Below are positions 27,426-42,425 of a stretch of DNA of 64,000 nt, piece by piece (the first letter of the stretch is position 1; every line of letters starts with the position of its first letter). The stretch is taken from NCBI RefSeq assembly GCF_964204645.1, contig NC_134028.1, positions 18,173,653-18,237,652 of the forward strand, written 5' to 3'. The translations under genes and the position numbers were made by a program. The stretch is from Tubulanus polymorphus (taxonomy: Eukaryota; Animalia; Nemertea). Below the pieces are notes generated by a model. It was not told the DNA's origin and made no database searches. It saw only the letters and a list, made by a program, of their open reading frames with translations.

Positions 27426-30400
27426 TTTGTTTAATCGTTTTTGTTATTTCAGCAGTGCACACTAACATAGGTTGAGCGTGCGTGATCAGTCTTGAAATTG
27501 GTATTAAGATTTCACAATAAAATATTTACTTACATGTTTCTAAAAATCTTTTAAATTTTTTTTGTCTTTCCATTGGGTGCTTGTGTAAGTGACCATTTTA
27601 AAAATTTCTGTATGAACTTTTATATTTTTCAGTTTATCTAAAACTGAAAAACTGCTTTTTTGTAAAATGAATTCTGAATTTAATTGAATTTTAGACTGGT
27701 TCCCTGTCTCTTCAAAGAGCCAGAGGGTGGTAGACTGCGGTGGCAATATAAACTTTATCGGATGATCGCAGTGGATTGTCATTTGAAGGAAATGCAACTT
27801 ACTCTTGCTTAATGTCTTTATTATTTTAAAAGAAAAATCGTGGCTCCTATCCTACCTCGATTGGGGGGCGTTGTCTCTACGAGCGAATGTGATTGGCTGT
27901 TTTTGGGACAAACGGGGAATTCCGGCGCTACTAATATAATTATGGGAAAGCCATTTATGGCGAACGTTTCATTGGACTAGGTGCCGTATATGTGCGAATT
28001 TTAAGTGCTCATTGCTGGTGAGAATATAATTATTTCACATATCGCCATAGGTATTGTTTCTTTTTGATACCCAGTGATTGTGTTGATTGAGATTGAAGTA
28101 ATGCGTACATTCACAACACAAGGCCTCCACGTGCGCGGGAGCTAAACATTAGACTGTTGCACACATAAACACACGCTCATACAGACTAATGGTGATGCTG
28201 TAACGATGATTGGCGCGTGCACGTTTGGTATGATAACAGGCTGAATAAACGTGTAGCAGAGGATGAGCGCTGTGTTTTCTGTTTTATAGAATTTGTAATA
28301 AATTGTAATTTCTTCTGACCTGAAAATACTAAGCAGCAGACTATAGGTGGAGGTCTGAATATTGTAGTGGTAAATTCCAGGATTTAAAACGATCTAATAC
28401 TACGCCCCGGTGTTTTAGCTTCCGTTCCCAAGACTCAATATTCAGCCACCCTCTCGATATGTGACATCATATGAATTTTATTTGAATATTTTTTTCATAT
28501 TGTGTAAAATATCTTTTTGAAAATATAAAATAGTTTCCCTGTTGCGCCTACCTGTACCCTACGAAATTTTGGATGTAGACCATAAACAAATGTTTATCTT
28601 TTTTCTTATTTGATTACAAAATAATTCTTTAAGAAAGATAAAATACAATATAAACTTCTAGAAGTCACGAATTAAAAAGATTTTTTTTCAGGCAATGCCC
28701 TTACTCCAAACGACCTCTAGCTTTCAAGGTAAACCACACTTTGCCCATGGGTAATTTATTTCTTTCAGCTGTAAATTTTTCTATAGAGCAAAATTATTTC
28801 AACACTATCCGATGAGTAATCTAGCAATTATCAACATGATGATAGATTCCGTTAAGACACCACAATTTTCAAATAACAACCAACCAAAAGCTTGTACTAA
28901 CTTGGTCTACGTCTACAATAAAATCATCCCTATCCCCAGTCCCTGTGTGTAACATTACATGTAACGATATAAGACAACACTGATTATTTAGCTTTTTAAT
29001 AAGTAACCAGTTCAAAGTTCGATTAATTCTACTAGAGAAATACAAAACCACCAAGCAAACTTTCAGTACAACCATGTTAGCAAGCCAATTTTTAGAATTT
29101 CTTTCTTGTTCCTTATCGTGCATTAAGACGACTTTTTCTCGTTCTATCACGCTGATTTTCGTTTTATTGCACTATTTTTGTTTTAACGTGGCAGTATAAC
29201 GAAAAAGTTTGTTTTGGCAATCAAATGAAAAAGTTCATTTTATTGCCGATAAAACGAATTAAGTCTGCGTAAAAAAAAAAATGTAATCTTTGTGATTTTT
29301 TATTACATGGCCGAATCAGCCACCATATAAAACCACTCGGCCCGTAGAAAACGTTTGAATTCATGCTGGTAGAAATTAAACTGGAACAAACTGACATTTG
29401 TATAAATCATCATTTATTGTTTGCTGCCCCATCCATTAAAAATGTTATTTTAGTCGACTCTTTTCTTGAGGAATTTTGCGCCGAGAACATATCAAAACCC
29501 ATTGTGATTGCTGGTGATTTCAATATTCATGTACATTACCCCTAATGGCCCACTGGCAGTATAAAAGCCCAATTAATGTCAGACATGGCAGTTTCTTTGA
29601 ACCCATGGAGCAGTGAGGAGCTCCAACCGTTGAAACTGGAATTTTCCTATTTTCTCTGTCAGTTATCTGATTTGGATCCTCCTTTTTGTTAGACATATGT
29701 ATTAATGTATAATATATTCATTTTTTTCAGTCAAAATTATGTTTTAGGCCCTCGTCTTTGAGTAATTAAGCAATTTCGTTGGTATTCTCTTCAAAATTTG
29801 AATCTTTGAATGACACATCAGTGTAGCTTGCGAGGCACAGTATCAGTAACATGATACCCTAGGTCATCAATACACATTAAAAAAAATATGGGCGAATTGA
29901 TAGTACCAAAATCTCACAACAAAAAACTTTTTTCCTGATCAATGAATCAGTCTGAGATTTCATACATTTGTTAAGCTATCTACCTTCAGTGTTATGCCCA
30001 AATTTCATCAAAATCGGATAAAAATTGATAATTTTTAAAAATCTCAAAATTTCTCCAAATTCTTTGATCATGGTCCTTTTCCTACAGAAGCACATGATCA
30101 CAAGCTTCAGATTTTCATACCCAATAAGACTGGACCATTAAAGATTACTTCAGAACGTTCCTATGTAATTGTATGAATTTGTCAGATTTTACAGTGTGTG
30201 ACTCACAGTTACCGTTGTGAGCCACCCTTACTCACTGTACCAGGTTATCTACTGCTCATACCAATGGGCCTTTAAGAACCTGATGCCTGCAAGTTTCTTG
30301 ATATTCTCTCAGCTTATGTCTACAACCTGTTAGTCAAAGTCAACGCAAAGGGATCAACACACTCGTGATCTTGTTTTATGTAGGCTAATGGATAAAATTG

Positions 30401-31725
30401 TTCACAATGTCTCAGTGGAAAACTCTCTAGTCTCACCGCAATTTAGGGTTTATTTTCAAAACATACCATACTGAGGTGGCAAAAACCCTGCCATTGGTTT
30501 TTTGATATAAAAAACCAAATGACGAGATAACTCGTCACTGGCAATGGTGAAGAGATTCTCAATTTTTTCATGTCCCTATTGCCAGTAAAAAGTGTGAAAA
30601 ATCAAATAAAAATCTAAAAGAATAAAAGTTTTATCGTAAAAATTATATAGAACGATTTTAGTCGTTATATTCTCTCTAAATATTGGCTGGAAAAGGAGCT
30701 AAAATTCATTGCTTTCTGAAGATTTTTTTGAAAAAATTTCAAGTGTGCACTAGACAATCTTAGTCTCTCCATACTGCCAGACAAATGTTAGCTGGTTTCT
30801 CGCCTCTGACAGGTTATCATAACGCTATGAAATGACATTGAATCAATGACGATATAACTCGTCATGGCAAACTGCGGGGCACCCACAATGACGATTTATC
30901 TCGTCAGCGGCAGCGAACGTGTTAAAAATCATAATTTTTCAATGAATCAGCATCAATGGTGAAGGAGTCCTCAATCTGTCACACTGATATATACATTGAT
31001 TGTCAGTTGTTAGATTAACATGCACAGCTAACATCTAGCTAGCAAACCATATGCTATGGAACTTTTAAATGACCATCTGCCGAGATTCATGACTTATTAA
31101 GTATAAATGATTTAGTGGTGCGCATGATCAATGGAACAATCTGTATACTACCATCAGAAAATGAGTGATGAAGTAAAACAGACATTTAAAGTTATAAACA
31201 ACAAAATGTTAAAGCACTGCAAAGCAATTGCTATTGAGGTGAGTGAGAGTGTGGTTGTAGCTGAAAGTTTTAGTGTATACATAACTGATAAGATTAAAAC
31301 TATTGGCCGTGAACTTGATATCGTTGTATTTGGTTGCTTATACCCTACAGATAGAAGAGCCTAGAGATAGAAGTCTACCCATTTTAAATACCCTAGCTTT
31401 AACTGATGACCTTGAACTTGGTTCCAGCATAGGCACGCTGGCTCAAAAATCATGCTCATTGGAGCCTGTACCAACTGATTTGTTCAGAATCTGAGTTATC
31501 CTCATCTGGTATGCTCAGGGTCATGGTTAACATATTGAATTCAACTTTATTATCTGGTGTATTTCCAGATCGGCTCAAACATGCAATTGTGCATCCAATT
31601 CTTAAGAGGGTGCCACTGGTTATTCAAAAGTTCAACAGCTTTACAAGTTCGTTAATCCGAAGGATTTAAAATCAGATACTTTATACTATCCATCGACTGA
31701 ATAATCTCATAAATGTTTTGCTTAA

Positions 31726-32013
31726 CCCTTTCAGTGCGTCTACACCGCAGTGCAGTGTATAAATCAGTGACAGATTTTGCTAGTACATCGCATTGCGCTG
31801 TATTGATGTAATTAGTAATTAGTTTTTATCTCTCTTGAAAAATGGCAACACCTGTCAATAATAGTGAAATACTAGCAGCTAACGATACACTGCGCCTCGG
31901 TGTAGACGCACTATAGTGGTATTCCCGTTATTAAACACACTAGGGTGGAATTCTTGAAAATTTTCAAATTATCTCTAGCACTATAGGGTATTAACTAGTC
32001 AGCACTGAAAGGG
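31726..32013. mobile_element. piggyBac-like MITE
   Basis: TTAA|ccctttcagtgc ... gcactgaaaggg|TTAA. Confidence 0.88.
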
Positions 32014-33290
32014 TTAATTGGTGACAATCAACAAGCTTATATTAAGACCAATGGTGAAAAGACAGAGTTTATAATCCTTGGAACACCACCTTATGAAACA
32101 ATCCAGGAAGCAATCCTGGCAGGAACATTTGTCGATCTCTAAATCTGGGAGTATTATTTGATAATTCCTTGTCTCTTTCTGATCATGTGCGTTAGGTTGG
32201 AAGAGCTGCTGACTATCACATTCATAGTATTGATAAGATATGCCACTTACTTGACAAAGATACATGCAAAACAGCAGGTAACGCTCTTGTAACATCCAGA
32301 TTGGATTACTTACTTGTTGGCTTTTAACAGGACTCAGGTTAATTCAAAACAATGCCGCACATTTGATTTCAAAACTAGTAAATCTGATTGTATTGCCGGT
32401 ACTTCAGTTCTCATGGATCTGCATTGGCTTCCTGTCTGATCTGAGTAAACTGTGTATGCACCATTTTGACGTCTGCATTCAAGTCAGGGTTTTAATCAAC
32501 TAGTGTAACCTTTTGCTGAGAGAGCTTTTAATTCTGGAAATTAATTACTAGGGTGGCCGGAGTGCCACTGGATCTCTTATTATAAAAACCGATAATGACA
32601 GGTGATGTATAAAGCAATGGCCCTGATCTTTACTCACAATAGTCAGCGAGCATCATGCCTCACCACATGACCTGGTTAAAGTTTTGTACACATATTAGCT
32701 ACTGCTGGCTACATTCCTGTCGGCTGTCCATCTTTTTAGCAACTACATCGAAAGATGATCACATTTTCACCAGCTGCCAATCATTTTTCAAGTTAGACAT
32801 GTATACACTGGTTAATTGAGGAGGTTGTCCATGATTTAACCTTTTGAGAAAATTACCTATACAGCGAAGGACAAAAGCCTAAACAAGGGCAGCAAAACTT
32901 TTTGCAAGGCTCAAAGTTTTAGCATGGCGGCATATTTTGAGCAGGGCGGCCTGTGGAAAACATTGAGGAAGGTTATAATTTAATAAAAACCAGGGCTCAT
33001 AAAGAATGCATATCATTGTTTATTTGAAAATTCGACAAACCTCATTTCCCAGTAGACCACTGCATTATACAAGATCAGTTAGGCACTGTGAGACGAATAA
33101 AATCTAGTTGAAAATAATTGCTAAAATCCTTAGGCTGGATTAGTTAATAAGTTATATTTACACTTGAATTCAAAATGGTGGTAAAAAGAAAATCTCCAGA
33201 AAGGCAACAAAGAAAAACATGGCAGTTCCTTCAGCGGAGCTAAGAGTGTACTAGAGAATATATTTACCTGATGATGGGTGATATTTGCAG

Positions 33291-33472
33291 GTACTAGTAT
33301 ATTGGAAGTATCTGCAAAAGATGCTGACGGAGGTATGAATGGTGAAATAACGTATCGAATTGTCAGCGGAAGTCAGGACAACTTTGCTATTGATTACCGT
33401 ACTGGCATCATTAGAGTTTCAAACAATGGTAACCTTGACATTGATCGATATGGCACGGAGTATAACATGTTG
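33291..33472 (+). CDS. Cadherin exon
   Basis: GTSILEVSAKDADGGMNGEITYRIVSG..FAIDYRTGII..LDID; phase 1/0. Confidence 0.95.
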
Positions 33473-33550
33473 GTAAGAATTTCACTATGTCTGGAGATCA
33501 TAAATCATGAATAGTTGGGTATAGCTTACACATATATTGTGTTCATTTAG

Positions 33551-33677
33551 GTCTTTGCTGAAGATAAAGGAAATCCGCAATTGTCAGGAAATTGTACAGT
33601 TAAAATAACTGTAACAAATGCGAACAATAAACTACCTTTCTTTTCGAGGGATACATACTTAGTGAATTTGGCTGACA
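33551..33677 (+). CDS. Cadherin exon
   Basis: VFAEDKGNPQLSGNCTVKITVTNANNKLPFF..; phase 0/1. Confidence 0.92.
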
Positions 33678-34225
33678 GTAAGTACATACCACATTTATTT
33701 CAATTCTAGGCACATATTACCCAGTTTTCGTTTGTGGTCACCTGATTCATAGCAATAATATTGCGATTAATGGGCCATGAAGATGTATGTACTTTTTGTT
33801 TTGTTCCAATAAAATTGAAATACTTTTGGTATTAATACCGCTATTTATCATTTTCTATAGATAAGCTCAAATGATTTAAAGTTCAGGACATTAGTCCCAC
33901 AGGATTGTTGTGTTCACTTTTCATCTGAAGACAGAGTCCATTTATATAAGGCCGTTCTGATAACACTTCAATGGATCTGCCCTAGACACATCCTCTGCCT
34001 GCACTAGCCTGGTTTGATTCAGGGTGGCTGATGAGCAGCCATATCGTGTTAAAACCCCTGTATACCCTGACCACCTCACATCAACCATTCAACACTAATT
34101 CGACACTTCTTATATGAATGTCTCACATACTATCAGTCCCTTCATACGATTCATCTGTATTTGTTACATTTTTTTTCTTCACTAAAAATGATCACCAATG
34201 CCGTACGGTCAATATTACCTTAGTA

Positions 34226-34760
34226 CAGTATAACCTCTCTATAGTGAACGCTTGGGGTTCCGAAGAAATTGTTCACTATAGAGAGGTGTTCACTAAATAG
34301 AGGTAGCACATATTTGTGTCACGCCACCTACCAGTAGTTTGAATAACTACCCCCAATATTAAGCATTAATCCAAAACAATAACAGCTATCCATTCATTAG
34401 TGTAGTAACCAATTAACCTAATTAGTACTGCCTAAAAACTATCAAAGATAACTAGCCATTGAATGACCATGAGTTATGTACATATAGTATATGATGAACA
34501 CCTAGATACTAATAACAATGACTCTACTAGCGAAATTTGACTGTCTAGACATTCTGGGATGGGTCCACTGTGCACTATAGAGAGGTAAAATGTTCTTTTG
34601 GTACCAGAAAAAGTGTTCACTGTTCACTCTAGAGAGGTGTTCACTAAATGCAGGTTCTGTTTAATTGAAAATGCGTAGGGAAAATTTGGTTCCGGGCAAA
34701 AAGTGTTCACTGAAGGAAGTGTTCACTAAATAGAGGTGTTCACTAAGGGAGGTTTTACTG
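34226..34760. mobile_element. Tc1/mariner (pogo/Tigger-like) MITE
   Basis: TA|cagtataacctctctatagtgaac ... gttcactaagggaggttttactg|TA; repeated gaggtgttcact motifs. Confidence 0.85.
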
Positions 34761-36465
34761 TACATTCTTCTCCTTATATCAGCAAAATACAATTTTTTTC
34801 ACTAAACAGTCTCTAGAAATTTAAAAGCTATGATTTTGTGTTCATGAATATGATATCTAAGTTTTACTGAGGATATTTTAGTGGCATCTTACTAAATTTG
34901 TTCGAAGGATTGAGAAAAATTGCATTCAATTCAATCAAACGTTTACTGTTCGGGAAGTCCAGTTCCTGGTCCCTATTTCAACATGTCCCATCGATTGGTC
35001 TGATAGAGCATAGACAGCGCATTTTGTGATAAGCCATAGACGCTTTTCAAAAATTGTGAATGTAAAAAGGAAAGTTGTGGAACACTGGATTGATACGGCC
35101 CATCATTCTGATATTCACTTTTAGTTTGGCAGGATCATATTGTGTCTGGGCCAGCAAAGGAATTTGCATCGAATTTGTTACGCTTTGCCCTGCAATGCAG
35201 TTTTTAGCTAAGAATCAACAGCCATGCTCAGTTGGCTGTGAATGGAGAGTCAGCCCTCAGGCACTAAAGAGGTTTTTGAGATATTTCTAAAAGTAATTTT
35301 TATCATCAATTATTACCTAGTTAATGGATAAGTGGCCAAGAAATTAATTAGGGTTTTCTGTTATTTCACAGAAAACCCTATTGATATCCGCGTGATTATT
35401 AGGGTTTTCTGTTATTTCACAGAAAACCCTATTGATATCCGCGTGATTATTATTATTATTATTATTTTCTTCCACACTATTTTTACCAAAAGAACATAGG
35501 CTTTAATACCTTACCGCTGTTTCATATACAATCCATATGATATCGTTCACCTCACTGAGATCTACAAATAGCCCGCGTGTTTTTTCACGAATCATCGTTA
35601 CAAAAGCGCTGTCGGGCCGTAAACATAAAAAATTTAGCCCCATTCAATGGGGCGACATGTTTTTCGAGTCGTCATCCCGAAATCAACCCGCAGGCCGACT
35701 GTCACTTCGATTATCAATTCAAGTATAAATGAACTAATTTATTGCCGCAGACTTCACATTCAGTAAACTAAACACGCCGAAGAGATATAGCGGAGAAAAG
35801 CTGTTATGTCGACGAGGTATCAAAATAAAAAAATATATTACTTTATTCGGCCGCGGGCTTCAACCTCTATATCAATACCATCAATACTCTATATTTCCTA
35901 CAGTACATACCGATCATTGTCAAATGCACAAGGTATTTACTAAATACAAGTATATAACACATAATCCTTTCCGTATGCTGGACTCACACTTGACATTCGG
36001 AGTAAGCGTTCGCTGTGGGGGAAAGGGATCGTTCGCTGTGTCGCTTGAAGTGTTTATCGAGTTTGACGCGGCTTTAGGCCTACCGGTACTGAGCTTTACT
36101 GTATCAAACAAACACAGTACAATTGCTGCGTTTATTAACGGACTCATTGGATTGAACTTCAAAACAAAATTTACGATATTTAGGTGGGTTGTTAAATTCA
36201 ATAGGCCTACGACCAATCTGTCCGGATGTTAGGCCTACACATATACAAAGGCCTATATAGGCTAGTAGCCTCTACTAGGTTAAGCGTTCGCTGTGGGGGA
36301 AAGGAGATCGTTCGCTGTGTCGCTTGAAGTGTTTATCGAGTTTTACGCGACCTTAAGGCTTTAGTATGGTGGCTGATAAGGGCCATGCGTAAAAAAACAC
36401 GTATATGCAAATGAGGGCGACATTATGACAAAACGACAAAATTAAAATAACGTGACAAAACAATA

Positions 36466-39400
36466 ATTTTGGTTTTATCGCCCGCGACAATTCATTATTT
36501 TGGTTTTATCGCCCGCGATAATTCATTATTTTGGTTTTATCGCCCGCGACAATTCATTATTTTGGTTTTATCGCCCGCGACAATTCATTATTTTGGTTTT
36601 ATCGCCCGCAACAATTCATTAGTTTGGTTTTGTCACCCGCGACAATTCAAGATTTTGGTTTTTCTGCCGCGACAATTCATTTTTTGGATTTGTCGCCCGC
36701 GACAATACAATATTTTGGTTTTATCGCCAGCGACAATTCATTATTTTGGTTTAAACGCCCGCGACAATTCATTATTTTGGTTTTATCGCCCGTGACAATT
36801 CATTAATTTGGTTTTGTCACCTGCGACCAAACAATGATTTTGGTTTTATCGCCCGCGACAATTCATTATTTTGGTTTTATCGCCCGCGACAATTCATTAT
36901 TTTGGTTTTATCGCCCGCGACAATTCATAAGTTTGGTTTTGTCACCCGCGACAAATCAATATTTTGGTTTTGTCGCCCATGACAATTCAATATTTTGGTT
37001 TTTATCGCCCGCGACAATTCATTATTTTGGTTTTATCGCCCGCGACAATTCATTATTTTGGTTTTATCGCCCGCGACAATTTTTTTTTTGTTGCAGCTTT
37101 ATCGCCTGCGACAATTCATTATTTTGGTTTTATCGCCCGCGACAATCATTAGTTTGGTTTTGTCGCCCGCGACAATTCAAGATTTTGGTTTTTCTGCCGC
37201 GACAATTCATTATTTTGGTTTTGTCGCCTGGACAATTCACCAATTCACCATTTTGGTTTTGTCGCCCGCGACAATTCATTATTTTGGTTTTGTCGCCCCG
37301 ACAATTCTTTTTTTGGTTTTGTCGCCCGCGACAATTCATTAGTTTGGTTTTATCGCCTGCGACAATCAATATTTCGGTTTTATCGCCCACGACAATTCAT
37401 TACTTTGGTTTTATCTCCAGCGACAATTCATTAGTTTGGTTTTGTCGCCCGCGACAATTCAATATTTTGGTTTTGTCGCCCGCGACAATTCAATATTTTG
37501 GTTTTATCGCCTGCGACAATTCAATATTTTGGTTTTATCGCCCGCGATAATTCATTATTTTGGTTTTGTCGCCTGAGAAAATTCATTATTTTTGTTTTAT
37601 CGCCGGCGACAATTCATTATTACGGTTTTATCGCCCGCGACAATTCATTATTTTGGTTTTGTCGCCCGCGACAATTCATTATTACGGTTTTGTCGCCTTT
37701 GACAATTCATTATTTTGGTTTTATCGCCCGCGACAATTCATTATTTTGGTTTAATCGCCCGTGAAAATTCATTATTTTGGTTTAATCGCCCGTGACAATT
37801 CATTATTTTGGTTTTATCGCCCGCGAAAATTCATTATTTTGGTTTTGTCGCCTCGACAATTCTTTTTTTGGTTTTGTCGCCCGCGACAATTCATTATTTT
37901 GGTTTTGTCGCCTCGACAATTCTTTTTTTGGTTTTGTCGCCCGCGACAATTCAATATTTTGGTTTTGTCGCCCGCGACAATTCATTATTTTGGTTTAGTC
38001 GCCCGCGACAATTCATTATTTTGGTTTTGTGGCCCCGACAATTCTCTTTTTGGTTTTGTCGCCCACGACAATTCATTAGTTTGGTTTTGTCGCCCGCGAC
38101 AATCAATATTTTGGTTTTATCGCCCACGACAATTCATTACTTTGGTTTTATCTACAGCGACAATTCATTATTTTGGTTTTGTCGCCCACGACAATTCATT
38201 ATTTTGGTTTTGTCGCCCGAGAATATTCATTATTTTGGTTTTATCGCCCGCGACAATTCATTATTTTGGTTTTGTCGCCCGCGACAATTCATTATTTTGG
38301 TTTTATCGCCCATGACAATTCATTATTTTGGTTTTATCGCCCGCGACAATTGAATATTTTGGTTTTATCGCCCACGACAATTCATTAGTTTGGTTTTATC
38401 GCCCGCGACAATTCATTAGTTTGGTTTTGTCGCCCGCGACAATTCAATATTTTGGTTTTATCACCCGCGACAATTCATTAGTTTGGTATTGTCGCCCGTG
38501 ACAATTCTTTTTCAGTCCACTTGGGACTTTAGTCCCAGCGGGCTATTGTGTTCACTTTTCGTCCCTCCGTCCGTCCATAGACGGAATCCAGTTATTTTGG
38601 GAAGTTTTGAAGACGCTTCAAGGTAATGTCTTGATATTTGGTTTATACATGTATCTACCCTAGACACATCGTCAGCCCAAAAACTGGCCCTGTCAGATTC
38701 ATGATGGCCGACTGGCAGCCATTGTTGTTTGCCAAAATCAGCACTTTTTAAACATTTTCAAAGTTTTCGTGGGAAATTTTGAAGACGCTTCGATCAATTA
38801 CCTTGATCTTTCGTTTATATTTGAATCTACCAAAGGCCCATCAGCATAATAAAATTGGGTCGATCTGACTCAAGATAGCCGTCCTATGACCTTTTTAGTG
38901 CCCAAAAATGTAAACTTGGCCAGAATTCTAGGTCCTGTAGCTTCCTACTGGTTTGCCATTTCTCATTGCAATTGCTGATGGGTATTCTTTAGAGAGGGAT
39001 TTTTTATACCTGGGACAGGTATTTTTGATCAGCCTATAATGACGCAATTGACGGCCATCTTGGTGTCATCAGTACTCATTCGTAGGTGGGAAAAAGTTTT
39101 TCCACATTAAATTGATACCTAAGCATATTGTGTTACTATATTCAATTGGAAAGTTGTAGCCCATAACGTGTTCTATGATTTTGGTGAGTTTCAAGGTCTT
39201 TGGTTTTAGTATGTGGCCATCAGGGGGCGTTGAATAATACAATAACTTAGTATTGCTATATTATATTTGTACCAAGGCATATTTTGTTACCATGATCAAT
39301 TGCAAAGTTGTAGTTCATGACATCGTCTATGATTGTGGTGAGTTTTTAAGTACATTAGTTATTCCATATAGTCACCAGGGGGCGTTGAATAGTAGAATGG

Positions 39401-40340
39401 CTTAGTATTTCCTTATTAGATTGGTACCTAGGCATATTTTGTTACCATGATCCATTGCAAAGTTGTAGATCATGACATCGTCTATGATTGTGGTGAGTTT
39501 TTAAGGACATTAGTTATTCCATATAGTCACCAGGGGGCGTTGAATAGTAGAATGGCTTAGTATTTCCTTATTAGATTGGTACCTAGGCATATTTTGTTAC
39601 TATGATCAATTGCAAAGTTGTATTTCATGACATGTACTACGATTGTGGTGAGTTTTAAGGTCATTGGGTTTTGCATATGGTCACCAGGGGCGTTGAATAG
39701 TAGAATAACTTAGTATTTCCATATTAAATTGGTAACGAGGCATATTTTGTTATCACAATCAATTACAAAATCATAGCTGCTCACATGTTCTATGATTGTG
39801 GTGGGTTCCAAGGTCATTGGTTTTTGTATATGGTCACTAGAGGGCGTTATGTATTGAAATTGTTAGATTGTTGAGCATTTGAAACCACTTCCCAAGTGAG
39901 CATGGTGTCCCTGGACCCCTAGTTTGGTTTTGTCCCCCGCGACAATTCATTATTCTGGTTTTGTCGCACGCAACAATTCAATATTTTGTTTTTGTCGTCC
40001 GCGACAATTCATTATTTTGGTTTTATCGCCGCGACAATTCAATATTTTGGTTTTAACGCCCGCGACAATTCATTATTGTGGTTTTATCGCCTGCGACAAT
40101 TCATTATTTTGGTTTTATCGCCCGCGACAATTCATTATTTTAGTTTTGTCGCCCATGACAATTCAATATTTTGGTTTTGTCACCCGCGACAATTCATAAT
40201 TTTGGTTTTATCGCCCGCGATAATTGATTATTTTGGTTTTATCGCCCGCGACAATTCATTATTTTTGTTTTGTCGCCCGTGACAATTCAATATTTTGGTT
40301 TTGTCACCCGCGACAATTCATAATTTTGGTTTTGTCCCCG
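36466..40340. repeat. 31-bp tandem satellite, interrupted at 38508-39923
   Basis: Unit ttttggttttatcgcccgcgacaattcatta, roughly 80 copies by length. Confidence 0.97.
38508..39923 (+). mobile_element. Helentron-like non-autonomous element, family A, with ~155-bp internal tandem repeats
   Basis: 5' ccacttgggactttagtccca, then (gtcc)n; 3' IR ttcccaagtg plus hairpin and cctagt; inserted in a T-run. Other copies or fragments at 52302-52986, ~3047, ~3392, ~33890. Confidence 0.82.
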
Positions 40341-42099
40341 TGGTTTTGTCGGAATATTAAGTTTTTTGGTCGAACAGTGTGTTAAGGTCGTTTTGGAAAT
40401 TTACTCGGTCTGGTATATTTTGGATTACTGTGTATGTCATTTGTCAAGACATTAAACAGAAGACGACTTAGGATACTACCTTGCGTGACTCCACTAGTTA
40501 GACCGTCTCATTCCAAGAGGAGGCGTTCCGTTGATTTCGGTTACAAGTTTCCGTTCAGAGATAACTGCTGAGCCATTTAAACGACCTATCATTGATACTG
40601 TTTCCTAATAGCCTCTTTAGTAATGGCCGATGTTGAGCCTTATCAAATGCTTTGTTGAAATCCACCGTTGAACAGGATTCTAAGACTGTGCAGAAAACCC
40701 GTTATCGCTGCTTTGCAGCTATATTTATTATTATTATTTTCTTCCACACTATTTTTACCAAAAGAACATAGGCTTTGTTACCTTACCACTGTTTCATATA
40801 CAATCCATATAATATCGTTCAGCTCACTGAGATCTACAAATAGCCCGCGTGTTTTTTCACGAATCATCGTTACAAAAGCGCTGTCGGGCCGTAAACATCG
40901 AAAATTTAGCCCCATTCAATGGGGCGACATTTTTTTCGAGTCGTCATCCCGAAATCAACCCGCAGGCCGACTGTCACTTCGATTATCAATTCAAGTATAA
41001 ATGAACTAATTTATTGCCGCAGACTTCACATTCAGTCGCGGTCTTCAAACAGTGATTTTAACAATAGCCCATTTTCCTCATCAAATCATATTACTGATAC
41101 ACTGGAAATTTACTACTTTAGATTTTAAAAGCACTGTCGAGCCGTAAAAATCGACGTGTGTTACTACATCGTCGTTCCGGGGATCAGCTGCGAGTTTCTC
41201 CTTATCATGAGAATCAAATGGAGTACAAATTAATTTATTATTACCAGTGATTTGGCTGCGGGTATCAAGGAGTTAGTTTAACAATACCTATTTTTCTTTA
41301 CCGAATTAACCGTGTATTTACTAAGTTAAATCTTTAGTGTACCGGGGAATCGTAGGCCTAAACTAAACACGCCGAAGAGATATAGCGGAGAAAAGCTGTT
41401 ACGTCGACGAGGTATCAAAATAAAAAAATATATTACTTTATTCGGCCGCTAGCTTCAACCTCTATATCAATACCATCAATACTCTATATTTCCTAGAGTA
41501 CATGCCGATCATTGTCAAATGCACAAGGTATTTACTAAATACAAGTATATAACACACTCCTTTCCGTATGCTGGACTCACACTTGACATTCGGAGTAAGC
41601 GTTCGCTGTGGGGGAAAGGAGATCGTTCGCTGTGTCGCTTGAAGTGTTTATCGAGTTTTACGCGGCTTTAGGCCTACCGGTACTGAGCTTTACTAAACAA
41701 ACACAGTATAATTGTTGCGTTTATTAACGGACTCATTGGATTGAACTTCAAAACAAAATTTACGATATTTAGGTGGGTTGTTATTCAATAGGCCTACGAC
41801 CAATCTGTCCAGATTTTAGGCCTACGCATATACATAGGCCTACATAGGCTAGTAGCCTCTACTAGGTTAAAGCTAAGTTCACTGTAAAGGAGGAATCAAG
41901 ATTTATTAAAATGCATGTTAATTAGTGCTTAACTGGTTGTGACTTGCAACGATCAATCACAATTATCAATTTTATTGCCAAAAATGAAGATTTTTTTGAA
42001 AATTTCGTCTGAGCAGACAGCTTTATAAGCAGACTTTTCATTTGAGTTTTTTCATCATAAATGAAACTGGTATTTCATTAATTTCTTATGATTTAAGTA

Positions 42100-42425
42100 G
42101 GGCGTAGGTCGGCCTTGCGACGGCTTGTGATTCACTGCGACGCCTATCACTGCGACCGCCAGCGACGATTGTGTCGCAACGACTCATCGACCTACGCTCC
42201 CTTGCGACGGGTTGCGACTTTCAGCAACGCCAGTCACAAGAAGTCGCACGTGTTCTACTTTCTGCGATGCGACACGACTGTCACAACCAACCGACGCGCT
42301 CTTGAGACTGGCAGAAACTAGTCGCACACAGTCGCTGACAATCGTATCGCAACCGACTTGCACCGAAACTTGCGATGCAACGCGAGGATCGCATCGCGTC
42401 ACAAGGCTGATCTACGTCCGGCTTT
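42100..42425. mobile_element. Small GC-rich MITE
   Basis: Imperfect TIRs ggcgtaggtcggccttgcgacg / cgtcacaaggctgatctacgtcc; internal tgcgac/gtcgca repeats. Confidence 0.65.

Larger units (their letters stand above)
26589..29327. mobile_element. Non-autonomous DNA transposon with TAT..ATA termini and 6-bp TSD (IS3EU-like)
   Basis: ~39-bp imperfect TIRs tatggtggc(a/t)gattcgg..aaaaaatcacaaa; TAAAAC duplicated at 26583-26588 and 29328-29333. The LINE endonuclease sequence resumes after it. Confidence 0.75.
26340..32440 (+). mobile_element. Fragmented L2/CR1-type LINE (endonuclease to ORF2 C-terminus) split by younger insertions
   Basis: PPGF..R..GRIAV (26490-26570), IVIAGDFNIHV (29500), KSCSLEPVPT / SGVFP..LKHAIVHPILK (31450-31610), QNNAA..LHWLPV (32340-32440). 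Confidence 0.75.

Noticed and set aside
36466-40340. CRISPR-like regular repeats and many overlapping ORFs
   Set aside because: The units are contiguous with no unique spacers and no cas genes, in a eukaryotic context. The ORFs arise because the 31-mer has no stop codon on the plus strand.
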